From Patescibacteria group bacterium (lineage in GTDB: Bacteria; Patescibacteriota; UBA1384; UBA12157; JAENIV01): a stretch of DNA of 32,500 bases. Each line of letters begins with the position of its first letter. Positions within the stretch are counted from its first letter, which is position 1. The DNA lies in NCBI GenBank assembly GCA_035288145.1, contig DATEAX010000041.1:1-32500 (forward strand), written 5' to 3'. Shown in pieces: positions 14,883 to 24,859 of the stretch. A model generated the notes under the pieces. The model ran no database searches. It was not told the DNA's origin and worked only from the letters and a program-made list of their open reading frames with translations. The translations under genes and the position numbers were made by a program.

Positions 14883-15500
14883 ATGGAACTTCGGGAATAT
14901 TTCAAAATTATTGGCAAATATCGAACATTATTTTGGGCAGTGGTGATTTTAGCAACGCTACTGGCGTTTATTTTTACCAAACTTCAGTCTCAATCGTATC
15001 TTGCTTCATCAACGCTGACGGTCAACAAATCGTCGGTTTTGAAACAAACAGAGGTAGATTACTATGTTTTTGATAACTATTACAATGTTCAGTCCTCGGG
15101 GCTTTTTTCTCAAATTGTGACCTCGTGGTTTGAATCGCCGGCCGTCGTCAAGGAGATATACTCCAAGGCAGACATCGCTTTACCCGATGTCTCCCAAAGA
15201 AAATTATCCCGGACTTTTAAAGCCATTCGGATTGAACCGGCGACGATCCATGTCTCTTTGACGGGAAGCAATCGCGATGAAGCGGAAAAATTAATTAATG
15301 CCGCCGCTCTTGTGATGCAAGATAAAACTAATGAGCTTGGCAAGTCCGATAAAGAAAGCGTCTATGATATTGTTAAATTCACGCCTATCGTTTCCGAGAC
15401 AACGGCTGATTTGTGGCTTAATACTTTAATTGGTCTCATTGCCGGGTTAATCGGGGGGGTAATTCTGGCACTGGCCGTGGATTACTTTCGGAAAGGATAG
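14883..15500 (+). CDS. Wzz/chain-length-determinant-like protein
   Basis: The N-terminus reads ELREYFKIIGKYRTLFWAVVILATLLAF, followed by a periplasmic-type segment and a C-terminal TM (LIGLIAGLIGGVILALAV). Confidence 0.7.
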   Translation: MELREYFKIIGKYRTLFWAVVILATLLAFIFTKLQSQSYLASSTLTVNKSSVLKQTEVDYYVFDNYYNVQSSGLFSQIVTSWFESPAVVKEIYSKADIALPDVSQRKLSRTFKAIRIEPATIHVSLTGSNRDEAEKLINAAALVMQDKTNELGKSDKESVYDIVKFTPIVSETTADLWLNTLIGLIAGLIGGVILALAVDYFRKG

Positions 15501-15517
15501 TCGTCAAAGGCGGGACA

Positions 15518-16885
15518 ATGTCCTTTTGGCAGGGTCTCTTTCGAAAAAAGGCAGTCGATATTAAACGACCGAAGAAATTTTTTGACGGCATTTTTTTTCA
15601 ACAAAAGGTTCGGCGGAAATCCGGAAAAAGCACAAGAAAATGGATTGGGCAATCTTTTGTTCTGACAATATTTTTGATAATTTTTATCGCTCTGGGTTTA
15701 CGCTATCTTTTGCCTGCGATTGAGGCGGCCGGTCTTTTCCGAGACGGCCGATATCTGATTTTATTTCAGAATAATTCAGAAATTAGATCCTCGGGCGGCT
15801 TTATCGGCTCTTATGCCGTCATCGAAATCAAAAATTTTGAGGCCCAAAATTTAGAGTTTAACACCAATATCTATGCTTTGGACCGGGCTTTTGCCAAAGA
15901 AAATTTTGTCGAACCGCCCGCGCCCCTTGAAAAAGTCCTTAAGGGGCAATCATGGGCTTTGCGCGACGCCAATTACGCCGCCTCATTTCCGGAAGCGGCC
16001 AGGGACATTACCCGATTCTATGGTGAGGAAACCGGCCAATCCATTGATGGAATTGTTGCCTTGAATGCTCAAGTGATGATTGAGCTCTTAAAGCTCACTG
16101 GTCCGATAAAAATGGCCAAGTATGATTTGACGATTAGCGCTGATAACTTCTATCGCGAGACCCAGTATCAGGTCGAAAAGGCATATTTCGAAAGTCCGGA
16201 GAATTGGGTTATAAACGAGCCAAAAACAATTCTTAAAGATCTTTACCCGGAAATTTTAAATCGGGCCCTGGAACATAAACTGTCTTTAGCCCGGCTTTTA
16301 AAAAAAGAGATTGATACCCGAGAAATTATTTTTTATTTTCAGGAACCTGAAAAACAGCAGGTTGTCCGTGAGCGTCAATGGGCGGGAGAGATTCCGGTAA
16401 ATATTTTAGGTGATTATCTATATATAAATAGTAACAGTTACTCTGGCAACAAATCATCGCTTTCAATCCGGGAGAATGTTGACTACCAACTGACTGATGA
16501 CTCTTCGGGCAATTATCGGCAGGCCGATCTTACGGTCAGCCGAGTCCATCTTGGCTCTTACGACTGGCCTGACGGCAAAAATACCGAGTGGGTGAGGATT
16601 TTTACGCCGGGGAACACAAAGTTTCAGGAAGCCAAACTTAACGAGAAAGATGTCAGTTCGGAAATTGAGGTGGGCACTGATTCGGGGAAAAATTATTTCG
16701 GCGTTGAGATCACTACCGAACCGGGGCAGGTAAATATTTTAAAGATTTCTTATCTTTTACCATTTGAGGAAGATTATCATCTTTTAGTTCAAAAACAGCC
16801 CGGGAGAACTCAAGACTCTTTATCTGTAGTCCTCAAAGGCAAAATGCTTTTTGATGGCGTCTTGGATCGTGATATAGAAATCTGA
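15518..16885 (+). CDS. DUF4012 domain protein
   Basis: It has an N-terminal TM and the motif LILFQNNSEIRSSGGFIGSYAVIE, characteristic of DUF4012. Confidence 0.75.
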   Translation: MSFWQGLFRKKAVDIKRPKKFFDGIFFQQKVRRKSGKSTRKWIGQSFVLTIFLIIFIALGLRYLLPAIEAAGLFRDGRYLILFQNNSEIRSSGGFIGSYAVIEIKNFEAQNLEFNTNIYALDRAFAKENFVEPPAPLEKVLKGQSWALRDANYAASFPEAARDITRFYGEETGQSIDGIVALNAQVMIELLKLTGPIKMAKYDLTISADNFYRETQYQVEKAYFESPENWVINEPKTILKDLYPEILNRALEHKLSLARLLKKEIDTREIIFYFQEPEKQQVVRERQWAGEIPVNILGDYLYINSNSYSGNKSSLSIRENVDYQLTDDSSGNYRQADLTVSRVHLGSYDWPDGKNTEWVRIFTPGNTKFQEAKLNEKDVSSEIEVGTDSGKNYFGVEITTEPGQVNILKISYLLPFEEDYHLLVQKQPGRTQDSLSVVLKGKMLFDGVLDRDIEI

Positions 16886-16910
16886 AGGATTAATGTCAAG
16901 AAAAGATTTT

Positions 16911-16932
16911 TATCCTCTATTTCCGCTCCAGC
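16911..16932 (-). repeat. Left copy of a 22 nt inverted repeat flanking the PaaX-like gene
   Basis: The reverse complement reads gctggagcggaaatagaggata. It matches 17651-17672 at 20 of 22 positions. Confidence 0.85.
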
Positions 16933-16970
16933 ATGAATGAGGGATAATCTTATTCTTATCATATAGCAGC

Positions 16971-17561
16971 ATGGATAAAATTAAGATACAAAAAACAGAA
17001 ATTGTTGCTCGGGAAATACTCTTGTATTTTGTGGATTTTTTTCGTTTTACTATTCCAATTTTTGATAAAGCAGGAGTGTATCGAATTCCCTTTAAGGAGT
17101 ATGACAAATTTCGGTTGAATGATAAAATTAAATTTAGTCACGAGATGCACCGGCTTAAAAGGGCCGGTGTAATTAAGAAATATATTGATGAAAAAGGGGA
17201 ATTTATTGAGCTCACTCCCAAGGGCCAGAAATGGGTAAAGAAATATTTTACAGAGCAGTTAGAAATCAAAATACCTCAAAAATGGGACAAAAAATGGCGT
17301 TTGGTTATTTTTGATATTCCGGATACGAAGAAGAAAGAGAGGGACATTTTAAGAGAAAAGTTAGAAAGGTTGGGATTTTTGAAACTTCAGGAAAGCGTTT
17401 ATGTTTTTCCTTTTGAGTGCAGTTTCGAGATCGAAGCGTTCAAGAAAATGTATATTATTGAACCTTATGTTCAATATATTTTAGCTGATAGAATTGAAAC
17501 GGAAATTAATTTGTTGGAGGAATTTTACGATTTGGGAGTATTAGATAAACATAATATCTGA
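16971..17561 (+). CDS. PaaX-like / Cas2-fold transcriptional regulator family protein
   Basis: An N-terminal wHTH-like region is followed by WDKKWRLVIFDIPDTKKKERDILREKLERLGFLKLQESVYVFP. This matches the PaaX C-terminal pattern W.G.W.LV.F.IPE..R..RD.LR..L...GF..L..G.W..P. Confidence 0.6.
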   Translation: MDKIKIQKTEIVAREILLYFVDFFRFTIPIFDKAGVYRIPFKEYDKFRLNDKIKFSHEMHRLKRAGVIKKYIDEKGEFIELTPKGQKWVKKYFTEQLEIKIPQKWDKKWRLVIFDIPDTKKKERDILREKLERLGFLKLQESVYVFPFECSFEIEAFKKMYIIEPYVQYILADRIETEINLLEEFYDLGVLDKHNI

Positions 17562-17650
17562 AATAACGATTGAAATAAAAATATAACATCACGATTTAAC
17601 ACCAATTAACACCAAATGCCAAAATATCTCCGAAAATATCCCCTAAAACC

Positions 17651-17672
17651 GCTGGAGCGGAAATAAGGGATA
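17651..17672 (+). repeat. Right copy of the 22 nt inverted repeat
   Basis: The sequence is gctggagcggaaataagggata. Confidence 0.85.
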
Positions 17673-17820
17673 ATTGAAGAGATCAAAACAAATAGAAGGT
17701 AAAGGTGAGGGTGGGGAGTATTTTTCAAGTTTTACATCGCAAGAAATTTTGATATACTATAAATAAACAAGATAAAGGATTCATCCCTATTTTTAGTTAA
17801 TGGGCTAGAAGGTATTATTA

Positions 17821-19749
17821 GTGTCCGAAGCATCCGATTACACTGCCAAACACATCACCGTTTTAGAGGGTCTCGAGCCGGTCCGGCGCCGCCCGGCAAT
17901 GTATATTGGCGGCACCGGTATCGAAGGTCTCCACCATTTAATTTGGGAGGTGGTTGACAATGCCATTGACGAAGCCATGGCCGGTTTTTGTAATCGGATT
18001 ACGGTTGAACTTTTGCCGGAAGATAAAGTAAAAGTCACCGACAACGGTCGTGGCATCCCGGTGGATATCCACAAACAAACCAAGAAGAGCGCTCTCGAAA
18101 CAGTGATGACAACTTTGCATGCCGGCGGGAAATTTGGTCAAGGTCAGGCCTACAAAGTTTCCGGCGGTCTTCACGGCGTGGGCGTTTCCGTTGTTAACGC
18201 CTTGTCTGGCTGGCTTAAGGCCGAAGTTTATCGGGACGGGAAAACTTATGTACAAGAATACTCCCGCGGCAAGGCAACCGGTCCGGTGAAAAGCGTAGGG
18301 GAGACAGAAGAAAATGGCACGACAATTATTTTCCAGCCGGACAAAGAAATTTTTAAAACATCCGAATTTTCCTGGGAAACAGTTTTGGGTCATCTTCGTC
18401 AACAGGCCTATTTAACCAAAGCGGTGACGATTACAGTTTGTGATTATCGTAAATGCGAAACCGAAGCTCAAAGAGGGGTTGAAAATTGCTATACCTTCTA
18501 TTTTGAAGGTGGGATTTCTTCCTACGTTCGCCACATTAACAAATACAAAACTGCCTTAAACGAACCGCCCGCCTATTTCGAAAAAGAAATCGGCGGCATC
18601 AAAGTCGAAATCGGCTTGGCCTATACCGAAGATTTTAATGAGCATGTTTTTACTTTTGCCAACAATATCCACACCACCGAAGGCGGGACTCATTTGACAG
18701 GTTTTCGAGCGGCCATCACCCGGGCGATTAATGATTATGCCAAAAAAACCGAACTGATAAAGGGTGCCGAAGAAGTTCTTTCAGGGGAAGACACCCGCGA
18801 AGGTTTAACCGCAGTAATTTCCGTCAAACTTCCCGACCCTCAATTCGAAGGTCAGACCAAGGCCCGTTTGGGCAATCCGGAAGTCAAAAATATTGTCGAA
18901 CAAGCCACTTTGGAGGGTTTAGGTTTTTATCTTGAGGAAAATCCGGCTCAAGCCCGGAAAATTATTGAAAAGTGTTCTTTATCGCTTCGTGCTCGTCTGG
19001 CCGCCCGAGCCGCTCGGGAAACCGTCATCCGCAAAGGCGCTCTTGAAGGTATGACTTTGCCCGGAAAACTGGCGGATTGTTCTTCGCGCGATGCCCAAAA
19101 AACCGAACTTTACATTGTTGAGGGCGATTCCGCCAGCGGTTCAGCCAAGCAGGGCCGCGACCGCAATTTTCAGGCAATTTTACCCTTGCGCGGGAAAATT
19201 TTAAATGTGGAAAGGGCTCGACTTGATAAAATGTTAACCTCTGAAGAAATTAAAAATCTGATCATCGCTTTGGGAACGGGAATTGGCGAGACGCTGAATC
19301 TTGCAAAACTTCGATATCATCGAATTATTATTATGACTGACGCCGATGTTGACGGCAGCCATATCAGAACCCTTCTATTAACCCTCTTCTATCGTCATTT
19401 TCCAGACCTTATTAAAGCGGGCAATCTTTATATTGCCCAACCGCCGTTATATGCCGTTATGCGTGGCAAAGAAAAACTTTATGCCTATAACGATAAACAG
19501 AAGGAAGAGATTTTAAAGAAAGTTGGAGATAAATCATCGCTGCAGCGTTACAAGGGGTTGGGCGAAATGAATCCGGAACAACTTTGGGAAACGACGATGA
19601 ATCCGGAAAAGCGAACCTTGCTGGGGGTGACAATTCAGGATGGTCAGCGGGCCGATGAAATTTTTTCCATGCTTATGGGTGACGAGGTCGGTCCCCGTAA
19701 AAGATTTATCCAAACTCATGCCAAGAATGTTAAGAATTTGGATGTCTAA
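17821..19749 (+). CDS. gyrB: DNA gyrase subunit B
   Basis: It carries the GHKL ATPase motifs (LEGLEPVRRRPAMYIGG, HHLIWEVVDNAIDEA), the Toprim motif (ELYIVEGDSAGGS-like) and PLRGKILNVE. The start codon is GTG. Confidence 0.95.
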   Translation: MSEASDYTAKHITVLEGLEPVRRRPAMYIGGTGIEGLHHLIWEVVDNAIDEAMAGFCNRITVELLPEDKVKVTDNGRGIPVDIHKQTKKSALETVMTTLHAGGKFGQGQAYKVSGGLHGVGVSVVNALSGWLKAEVYRDGKTYVQEYSRGKATGPVKSVGETEENGTTIIFQPDKEIFKTSEFSWETVLGHLRQQAYLTKAVTITVCDYRKCETEAQRGVENCYTFYFEGGISSYVRHINKYKTALNEPPAYFEKEIGGIKVEIGLAYTEDFNEHVFTFANNIHTTEGGTHLTGFRAAITRAINDYAKKTELIKGAEEVLSGEDTREGLTAVISVKLPDPQFEGQTKARLGNPEVKNIVEQATLEGLGFYLEENPAQARKIIEKCSLSLRARLAARAARETVIRKGALEGMTLPGKLADCSSRDAQKTELYIVEGDSASGSAKQGRDRNFQAILPLRGKILNVERARLDKMLTSEEIKNLIIALGTGIGETLNLAKLRYHRIIIMTDADVDGSHIRTLLLTLFYRHFPDLIKAGNLYIAQPPLYAVMRGKEKLYAYNDKQKEEILKKVGDKSSLQRYKGLGEMNPEQLWETTMNPEKRTLLGVTIQDGQRADEIFSMLMGDEVGPRKRFIQTHAKNVKNLDV

Positions 19750-19768
19750 AAAAATTAAAGAGAGGACG

Positions 19769-19981
19769 ATGTCTAAAAGGAAAACAATTGATAGCAAACG
19801 TGCCAGAGATCACGATCAGAAATTACAAAAACCCAACAGTTATTTAGAGACCCAAAAGTCCCATAAGGAATGGTACAATATTTCTGAAATGGGAAAACAA
19901 CGAGGGAAACCGCGGGCCGTGCCCAGAAATTTAAAGAAACCCGGCGGTGTCAAGAAGCATAGTTTGAGAAAGGAAAAATGA
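19769..19981 (+). CDS. Small highly basic protein (70 aa), hypothetical
   Basis: The protein begins MSKRKTIDSKRARDHDQKLQKPNSY. Its stop overlaps the gyrA ATG through an ATGA overlap at 19978-19981. An alternative in-frame ATG at 19742 overlaps the gyrB stop. Confidence 0.4.
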   Translation: MSKRKTIDSKRARDHDQKLQKPNSYLETQKSHKEWYNISEMGKQRGKPRAVPRNLKKPGGVKKHSLRKEK

Positions 19982-22854
19982 ATCCCGAAGAGCAAGATAA
20001 TCAGGAAAATCCCGAAGAGAGCGACAGCATGAATCCGGAGGAGGAGGCTCACGAGACGGCGGTTTTTAATATTAATTCCACCAAAGCTAAAGAAGACAAA
20101 ACCGACTATGGTTTGGTTCGCCAGCGAATTCTGGAAGAGGAAATGCAGGAATCGTATCTTGATTACGCCATGTCGGTGATTATCGCCCGCGCTCTTCCAG
20201 ATGTTCGCGACGGCTTAAAGCCCGTTCACCGGCGGGTCCTTTATGCCATGTGGGAAACGGGTCTTAAATCCGCGGTAAAATATCGCAAATGTGCCGCCGT
20301 AGTCGGCGAGGTTTTGAAATCTTATCATCCCCACGGAGATATTGCCGTTTACGATACCCTTGTCAGGATGGCTCAAGATTTTAATATGCGGGCTCCTTTG
20401 ATTGATGGTCAGGGAAATTTTGGTTCTCTCGACGGCGATTCGCCGGCGGCGATGCGTTATACCGAAGCGCGAATGAGTCAGATTGCCGAAGAGCTTTTAA
20501 TAGACATTGACAAGAACACAGTTAATTTTTCCCCCAATTATGATGCTACGAAGTTTGAGCCCAAGGTGCTTCCCGCCAAACTTCCCAATCTTTTACTCAA
20601 TGGCTCAATGGGCATTGCCGTGGGCATGGCGACCAACATTCCCCCCCACAATTTAGGCGAAGTCTCGCAAGCCATTCGCCATTTGATTGACTGTCCGGAC
20701 TGCACGATTGATGACTTAATGCAGTATATTAAAGGACCGGATTTTCCTACCGGAGCGGAAATCTATGGTCTTGAACAGATTAAAGCCGCTTATACCAGCG
20801 GTAAAGGGGCAATTGTCATGCGGGCGGTTGCCCGCATCGAAGAATCAAAGCGCGGCCATCGAATTATCATTTCGGAAATTCCCTATCAAGTGAATAAAGG
20901 AGAACTAGTCGCAAAAATTGCCGAGCTGGTTAAGCTCAAAAAAATTGAAGGCATCAATGACTTGCGCGATGAGTCCGACCGCAAGGAAAAGGTCAGAATT
21001 GTGATCGAGCTTCGCGCTAATGCTTATCCCAAAAAAGTTTTAAATCGTTTATATGAATTAACCTCGCTTCAGGCCTCGTTTTACACCAACATGCTCGCTT
21101 TGGTTGACGGCATCCAGCCACGGGTTTTGACCTTAAAAAACATTTTGGAGGAATATCTTAAACACCGCAAAGAGGTTATCCGGCGGCGGAGCCAATATGA
21201 GCTCGACCGCGCCAAAGAGAGGGCCCATATCCTGGAGGGCTTAAAAATCGCTCTCAAATCGATTGATGATGTTGTCTCACTAATTCGGAAATCAAAAGAT
21301 CGGGAGGAAGCGGGAAAGCTTCTTAAGACAAAGTTTAAGCTGACAGATCAGCAAACCGCTGCCATTTTAGAAATGAGGTTAGCAAGCCTAGCCGCTTTAG
21401 AGAGGGAAAAAGTTGAAACGGAGCACCAAGAAAAATTAAAAGCAATTGCAAGACTGACTGCCATCTTGGCCTCGGAGCAAAAGATTCTGGAGATTATCAA
21501 AAAAGAACTAAAGGAAATTGAAGAAAAATATCCCAGCCCACGGCGGACCAAAATCTACCCCGAATCTTTGGGCAAATTCTCCGCCGAAGATCTTATTCCT
21601 TCGGAACAGGTGATAATCTTGTTAACTCGCGGTAATTACATTAAACGGATGCCTGATAGCGCTTATCGAAGCCAGGTGAGAGGCGGCAAGGGCGTCATCG
21701 GGATGGAAACCAAAGAAGAAGATATGATAGAACATTTAGTGATTGCTAACACTCATGATGATATCTTTTTCTTTACCGACCGCGGCCGCATTTTTCACAC
21801 CAAGGTTTATGAAATCGCCAGCGTCTCGCGCCTTTCCAAAGGTCAGGCGATTGTCAATATCCTCCAAATTTCTCCCGAAGAAAAAGTCACGGCGATGATC
21901 ACCATCTCCCAAAAAGATAAAGAGAAATACCAATATTTTGTCTTGGCAACTGCCAGGGGTTTGGTCAAAAAAACCGATCTGAAATTGTATGCTAAGGTTC
22001 GACAGACAGGAATTTTGGCGATCAAATTAAAAAGCGACGACCGTCTCCGATGGGTCAAAGCAACCACTGGTCAAGATTCGGTTTTTCAGGTCTCGGCCAA
22101 AGGTCAATCAATTCTTTACCACGAAGGCGACATTCGACCGATGGGCCGGACTGCCGCCGGCGTCCGGGGGATTTTACTTAAAGGCGAGGACTATGTTGTT
22201 GCCACCGATGTTCTCCAACCGGAGCAGGTTTCAGAGGCCGATGCTTTGATTGTCTTAGAAAAAGGTTTTGGTAAACGAACGCCATTAAAATTTTTCAAAA
22301 CCCAGCTTCGGGGCGGGATGGGTATGCGGGCGGCGAGCGTTACCCCGCGAACGGGCGAGATTGTCGGTATGCGCTTAACTTTTGGTAAAGATTATGATTT
22401 AATCCTTGCTTCCCAAAAAGGCCAAATGATTCGGATGGCCCTTTCATCGGTTAAAAAACTTCAGCGTGATACCCAGGGAGTGATTGTGGTCCGGTTAAAT
22501 AAAGGCGACAAAGTCACTTCGGTGACGGTGATATCCAAGGGCGAAGATGACCAATCAGACAATCTTCTAACGCCGACATCGGCGTCAACGACAACGCCCG
22601 CCCCAAAAATTGATACAGATGTCGAAGTTAAACCGCAAGCCGCAGGCAAAAGTGAAAAGCCGAAAACAGAAGGTCAACTGCCCGACTGGGCGAAGGCTCA
22701 TCGCGACGCGCTTCTTAAACCAAAGAAACTCACAAAGCCAAAGATGGAAATAATGCCAACCGGGAAAGACAAGGAGAGCACCCAAGAAGAAAAGTCCTCA
22801 AAGCCGAAAAAAGATTCCGATGAACCTAACTATTGGGGCGGCAGACTCCTTTAA
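19978..22854 (+). CDS. gyrA: DNA gyrase subunit A with an acidic N-terminal and a long low-complexity C-terminal extension
   Basis: It carries SYLDYAMSVIIARALPDVRDGLKPVHRR, the active-site AAMRYTE and the beta-pinwheel C-terminal domain repeats. An alternative start lies at 20029. Confidence 0.95.
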   Translation: MNPEEQDNQENPEESDSMNPEEEAHETAVFNINSTKAKEDKTDYGLVRQRILEEEMQESYLDYAMSVIIARALPDVRDGLKPVHRRVLYAMWETGLKSAVKYRKCAAVVGEVLKSYHPHGDIAVYDTLVRMAQDFNMRAPLIDGQGNFGSLDGDSPAAMRYTEARMSQIAEELLIDIDKNTVNFSPNYDATKFEPKVLPAKLPNLLLNGSMGIAVGMATNIPPHNLGEVSQAIRHLIDCPDCTIDDLMQYIKGPDFPTGAEIYGLEQIKAAYTSGKGAIVMRAVARIEESKRGHRIIISEIPYQVNKGELVAKIAELVKLKKIEGINDLRDESDRKEKVRIVIELRANAYPKKVLNRLYELTSLQASFYTNMLALVDGIQPRVLTLKNILEEYLKHRKEVIRRRSQYELDRAKERAHILEGLKIALKSIDDVVSLIRKSKDREEAGKLLKTKFKLTDQQTAAILEMRLASLAALEREKVETEHQEKLKAIARLTAILASEQKILEIIKKELKEIEEKYPSPRRTKIYPESLGKFSAEDLIPSEQVIILLTRGNYIKRMPDSAYRSQVRGGKGVIGMETKEEDMIEHLVIANTHDDIFFFTDRGRIFHTKVYEIASVSRLSKGQAIVNILQISPEEKVTAMITISQKDKEKYQYFVLATARGLVKKTDLKLYAKVRQTGILAIKLKSDDRLRWVKATTGQDSVFQVSAKGQSILYHEGDIRPMGRTAAGVRGILLKGEDYVVATDVLQPEQVSEADALIVLEKGFGKRTPLKFFKTQLRGGMGMRAASVTPRTGEIVGMRLTFGKDYDLILASQKGQMIRMALSSVKKLQRDTQGVIVVRLNKGDKVTSVTVISKGEDDQSDNLLTPTSASTTTPAPKIDTDVEVKPQAAGKSEKPKTEGQLPDWAKAHRDALLKPKKLTKPKMEIMPTGKDKESTQEEKSSKPKKDSDEPNYWGGRLL

Positions 22855-22903
22855 ACACAATTTCCTTGCTTTTTACTCCTTAAAGTGCTAAGCTTAAGCT
22901 GCC

Positions 22904-24829
22904 ATGGCAAGGAAAAGACAACGAAAATTAAGTAAAAAAGAGGCCAAAGCGGAAAAAAAGTCAACCGTCAACCGTTCACAGTTTAGCGAAGAAAAAAAAA
23001 TTATGAACGGTGAACCGTCGGCGGTGCGCAATATCGTCGAGGTTCCGGCGGTTTTGTCAGTACGCGAATTTGCCGAAAGTTTGAAGCTCCCGGTCACCCA
23101 AGTTATTTCCAAGCTTGTTCAAAATGGCGTTATGGCGACGATTAACGAACTGATTGATTTCGACACGATGTCGATTATTGCCGATGAGCTCGGTCTTAGA
23201 GTCACGCCCAAGGAGGAGAAATCAGCGGTTATAGAAATTATCAAAACGAAAAAAAACCTCAAACCTCGCTCGCCGGTCGTAACGATAATGGGGCATGTTG
23301 ATCACGGCAAAACTAAACTTTTAGACGCCATTCGACATACTGATGTTGTTGCCACTGAATCAGGCGGGATTACTCAACACATTGGTGCCTATCAAGTTGA
23401 GGTTCGTCCAAATGACGAACCGAAATCCCGAGGCGGCAAAGCCGATCGAGGGAGCTCTCGACAAGCTCTGGATGATTTTGCGTTGACGCGCAAAATCACT
23501 TTTTTGGATACTCCCGGCCATGAGGCTTTTTCGGCAATGCGCGCCCATGGGGCCAATATTACCGATGTGGTTGTTTTAGTCGTGGCGGCAAATGATGGGG
23601 TTAAACCACAAACGGCAGAGGCCTTTGCCCATGCCAAAGATGCCAAAGTGGCGGTGGTGGTGGCAATCAATAAAATTGATTTGCCCGATGCTGACGTAGA
23701 AAAGACGAAAAGGCAGCTGGCGGACATCGGCCTTCTGGCCGAAGAATGGGGAGGAAAAACGCCGATCGTTGAAGTTTCGGCGAAACTTCAGAAAAATATT
23801 GAAAATTTGTTAGAAGTCGTTTTACTTGTTGCCGATTTGGCCGAGCTCAAGGCCGACCCGGATCTTTTGGCCGCCGGCGTCGTCATCGAGTCGCATATGC
23901 AGGCCGGTCGTGGACCGATTGCTACCGTTTTGGTTCAGGAAGGGACTTTAAGGCTCGGCGACCCCATCGTTATCGGACAGACCTACGGCAAAGTCAGAAT
24001 TATGGAAAATTATTTGGGCAAAAAGATTACCTCGGCCGGTCCTTCGTCACCGGTGAGAATTGCTGGCCTTCAGGACCTGCCGGATTTTGGCGACCGCTTT
24101 TTGGTGGTGGAAAATGAAAAAACCGCTAAAGAACTGGTAAAAACCAAGACTATCAAGCGCCGCGTTCTTTCGATCGGCGAACTTTCCAAAGATATTAAAG
24201 AGGGCAAAACCAAAGAATTAAAAATTATTTTAAAGGCCGATGTCGGCGGGTCGCTGGAGGCGATTAAAGATTCTTTAAAAAATATTTCCTCGCCTGAAGT
24301 AAAAATGAATCTTATTCACGAGGGGGTCGGAGACATTTCCGAATCCGATATTAATATGGCGATTGCCTCAAGCGCATTAGTTATCGGTTTCCGCGTCAAA
24401 GCCGATGCCGATGTCATGAATCTGGCCCGTCGGGAAAATGTCAAAATTTCCATTTATGAAATTATTTATCAATTGCTCGATGATCTTTCCGCCGCCCTTT
24501 CTGGTCTTTTGGAACCGGAAATTGTTGAAACGGAACTCGGTCGGCTGGAGGTTTTGGCAGTTTTTAGAACGAGTAAAAACGAAAAAATTGTCGGCGGCAA
24601 AGTCACCACTGGTAAAATCCCAAACGGTGCTGAAGTCCGTCTTGTCCGCGACAAAGAAACCATCGGGGCGGGAAAAATTACTTCTCTCCAACAAAATAAA
24701 AAAGATGTTCCCGAGGTAAAAGAAAATTTTGAAGCCGGACTTAAAATCGAAACCTCGACGAAAATTTTAGTCGGCGATATTTTGGAGTGTTTTCAAAAAG
24801 AGGAACGGGCAAGGAAACTGGGGGTATAA
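22904..24829 (+). CDS. infB: Translation initiation factor IF-2
   Basis: It has the G domain motifs ([17 protein letters not shown]) and the C-terminal IF-2 domains. The G domain carries an insertion of about 25 aa. Confidence 0.95.
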   Translation: MARKRQRKLSKKEAKAEKKSTVNRSQFSEEKKIMNGEPSAVRNIVEVPAVLSVREFAESLKLPVTQVISKLVQNGVMATINELIDFDTMSIIADELGLRVTPKEEKSAVIEIIKTKKNLKPRSPVVTIMGHVDHGKTKLLDAIRHTDVVATESGGITQHIGAYQVEVRPNDEPKSRGGKADRGSSRQALDDFALTRKITFLDTPGHEAFSAMRAHGANITDVVVLVVAANDGVKPQTAEAFAHAKDAKVAVVVAINKIDLPDADVEKTKRQLADIGLLAEEWGGKTPIVEVSAKLQKNIENLLEVVLLVADLAELKADPDLLAAGVVIESHMQAGRGPIATVLVQEGTLRLGDPIVIGQTYGKVRIMENYLGKKITSAGPSSPVRIAGLQDLPDFGDRFLVVENEKTAKELVKTKTIKRRVLSIGELSKDIKEGKTKELKIILKADVGGSLEAIKDSLKNISSPEVKMNLIHEGVGDISESDINMAIASSALVIGFRVKADADVMNLARRENVKISIYEIIYQLLDDLSAALSGLLEPEIVETELGRLEVLAVFRTSKNEKIVGGKVTTGKIPNGAEVRLVRDKETIGAGKITSLQQNKKDVPEVKENFEAGLKIETSTKILVGDILECFQKEERARKLGV

Positions 24830-24832
24830 TGA

Positions 24833-24859
24833 AAACCGTCCGAGAATGGACGGTTTTTG
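24833..24859. terminator. Bidirectional intrinsic terminator (serves infB and the convergent RNA gene)
   Basis: The sequence aaaaccgtcc-gagaat-ggacggtttt forms a 10 bp stem. The A-run and T-run give a U-tract in both directions. Confidence 0.8.
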
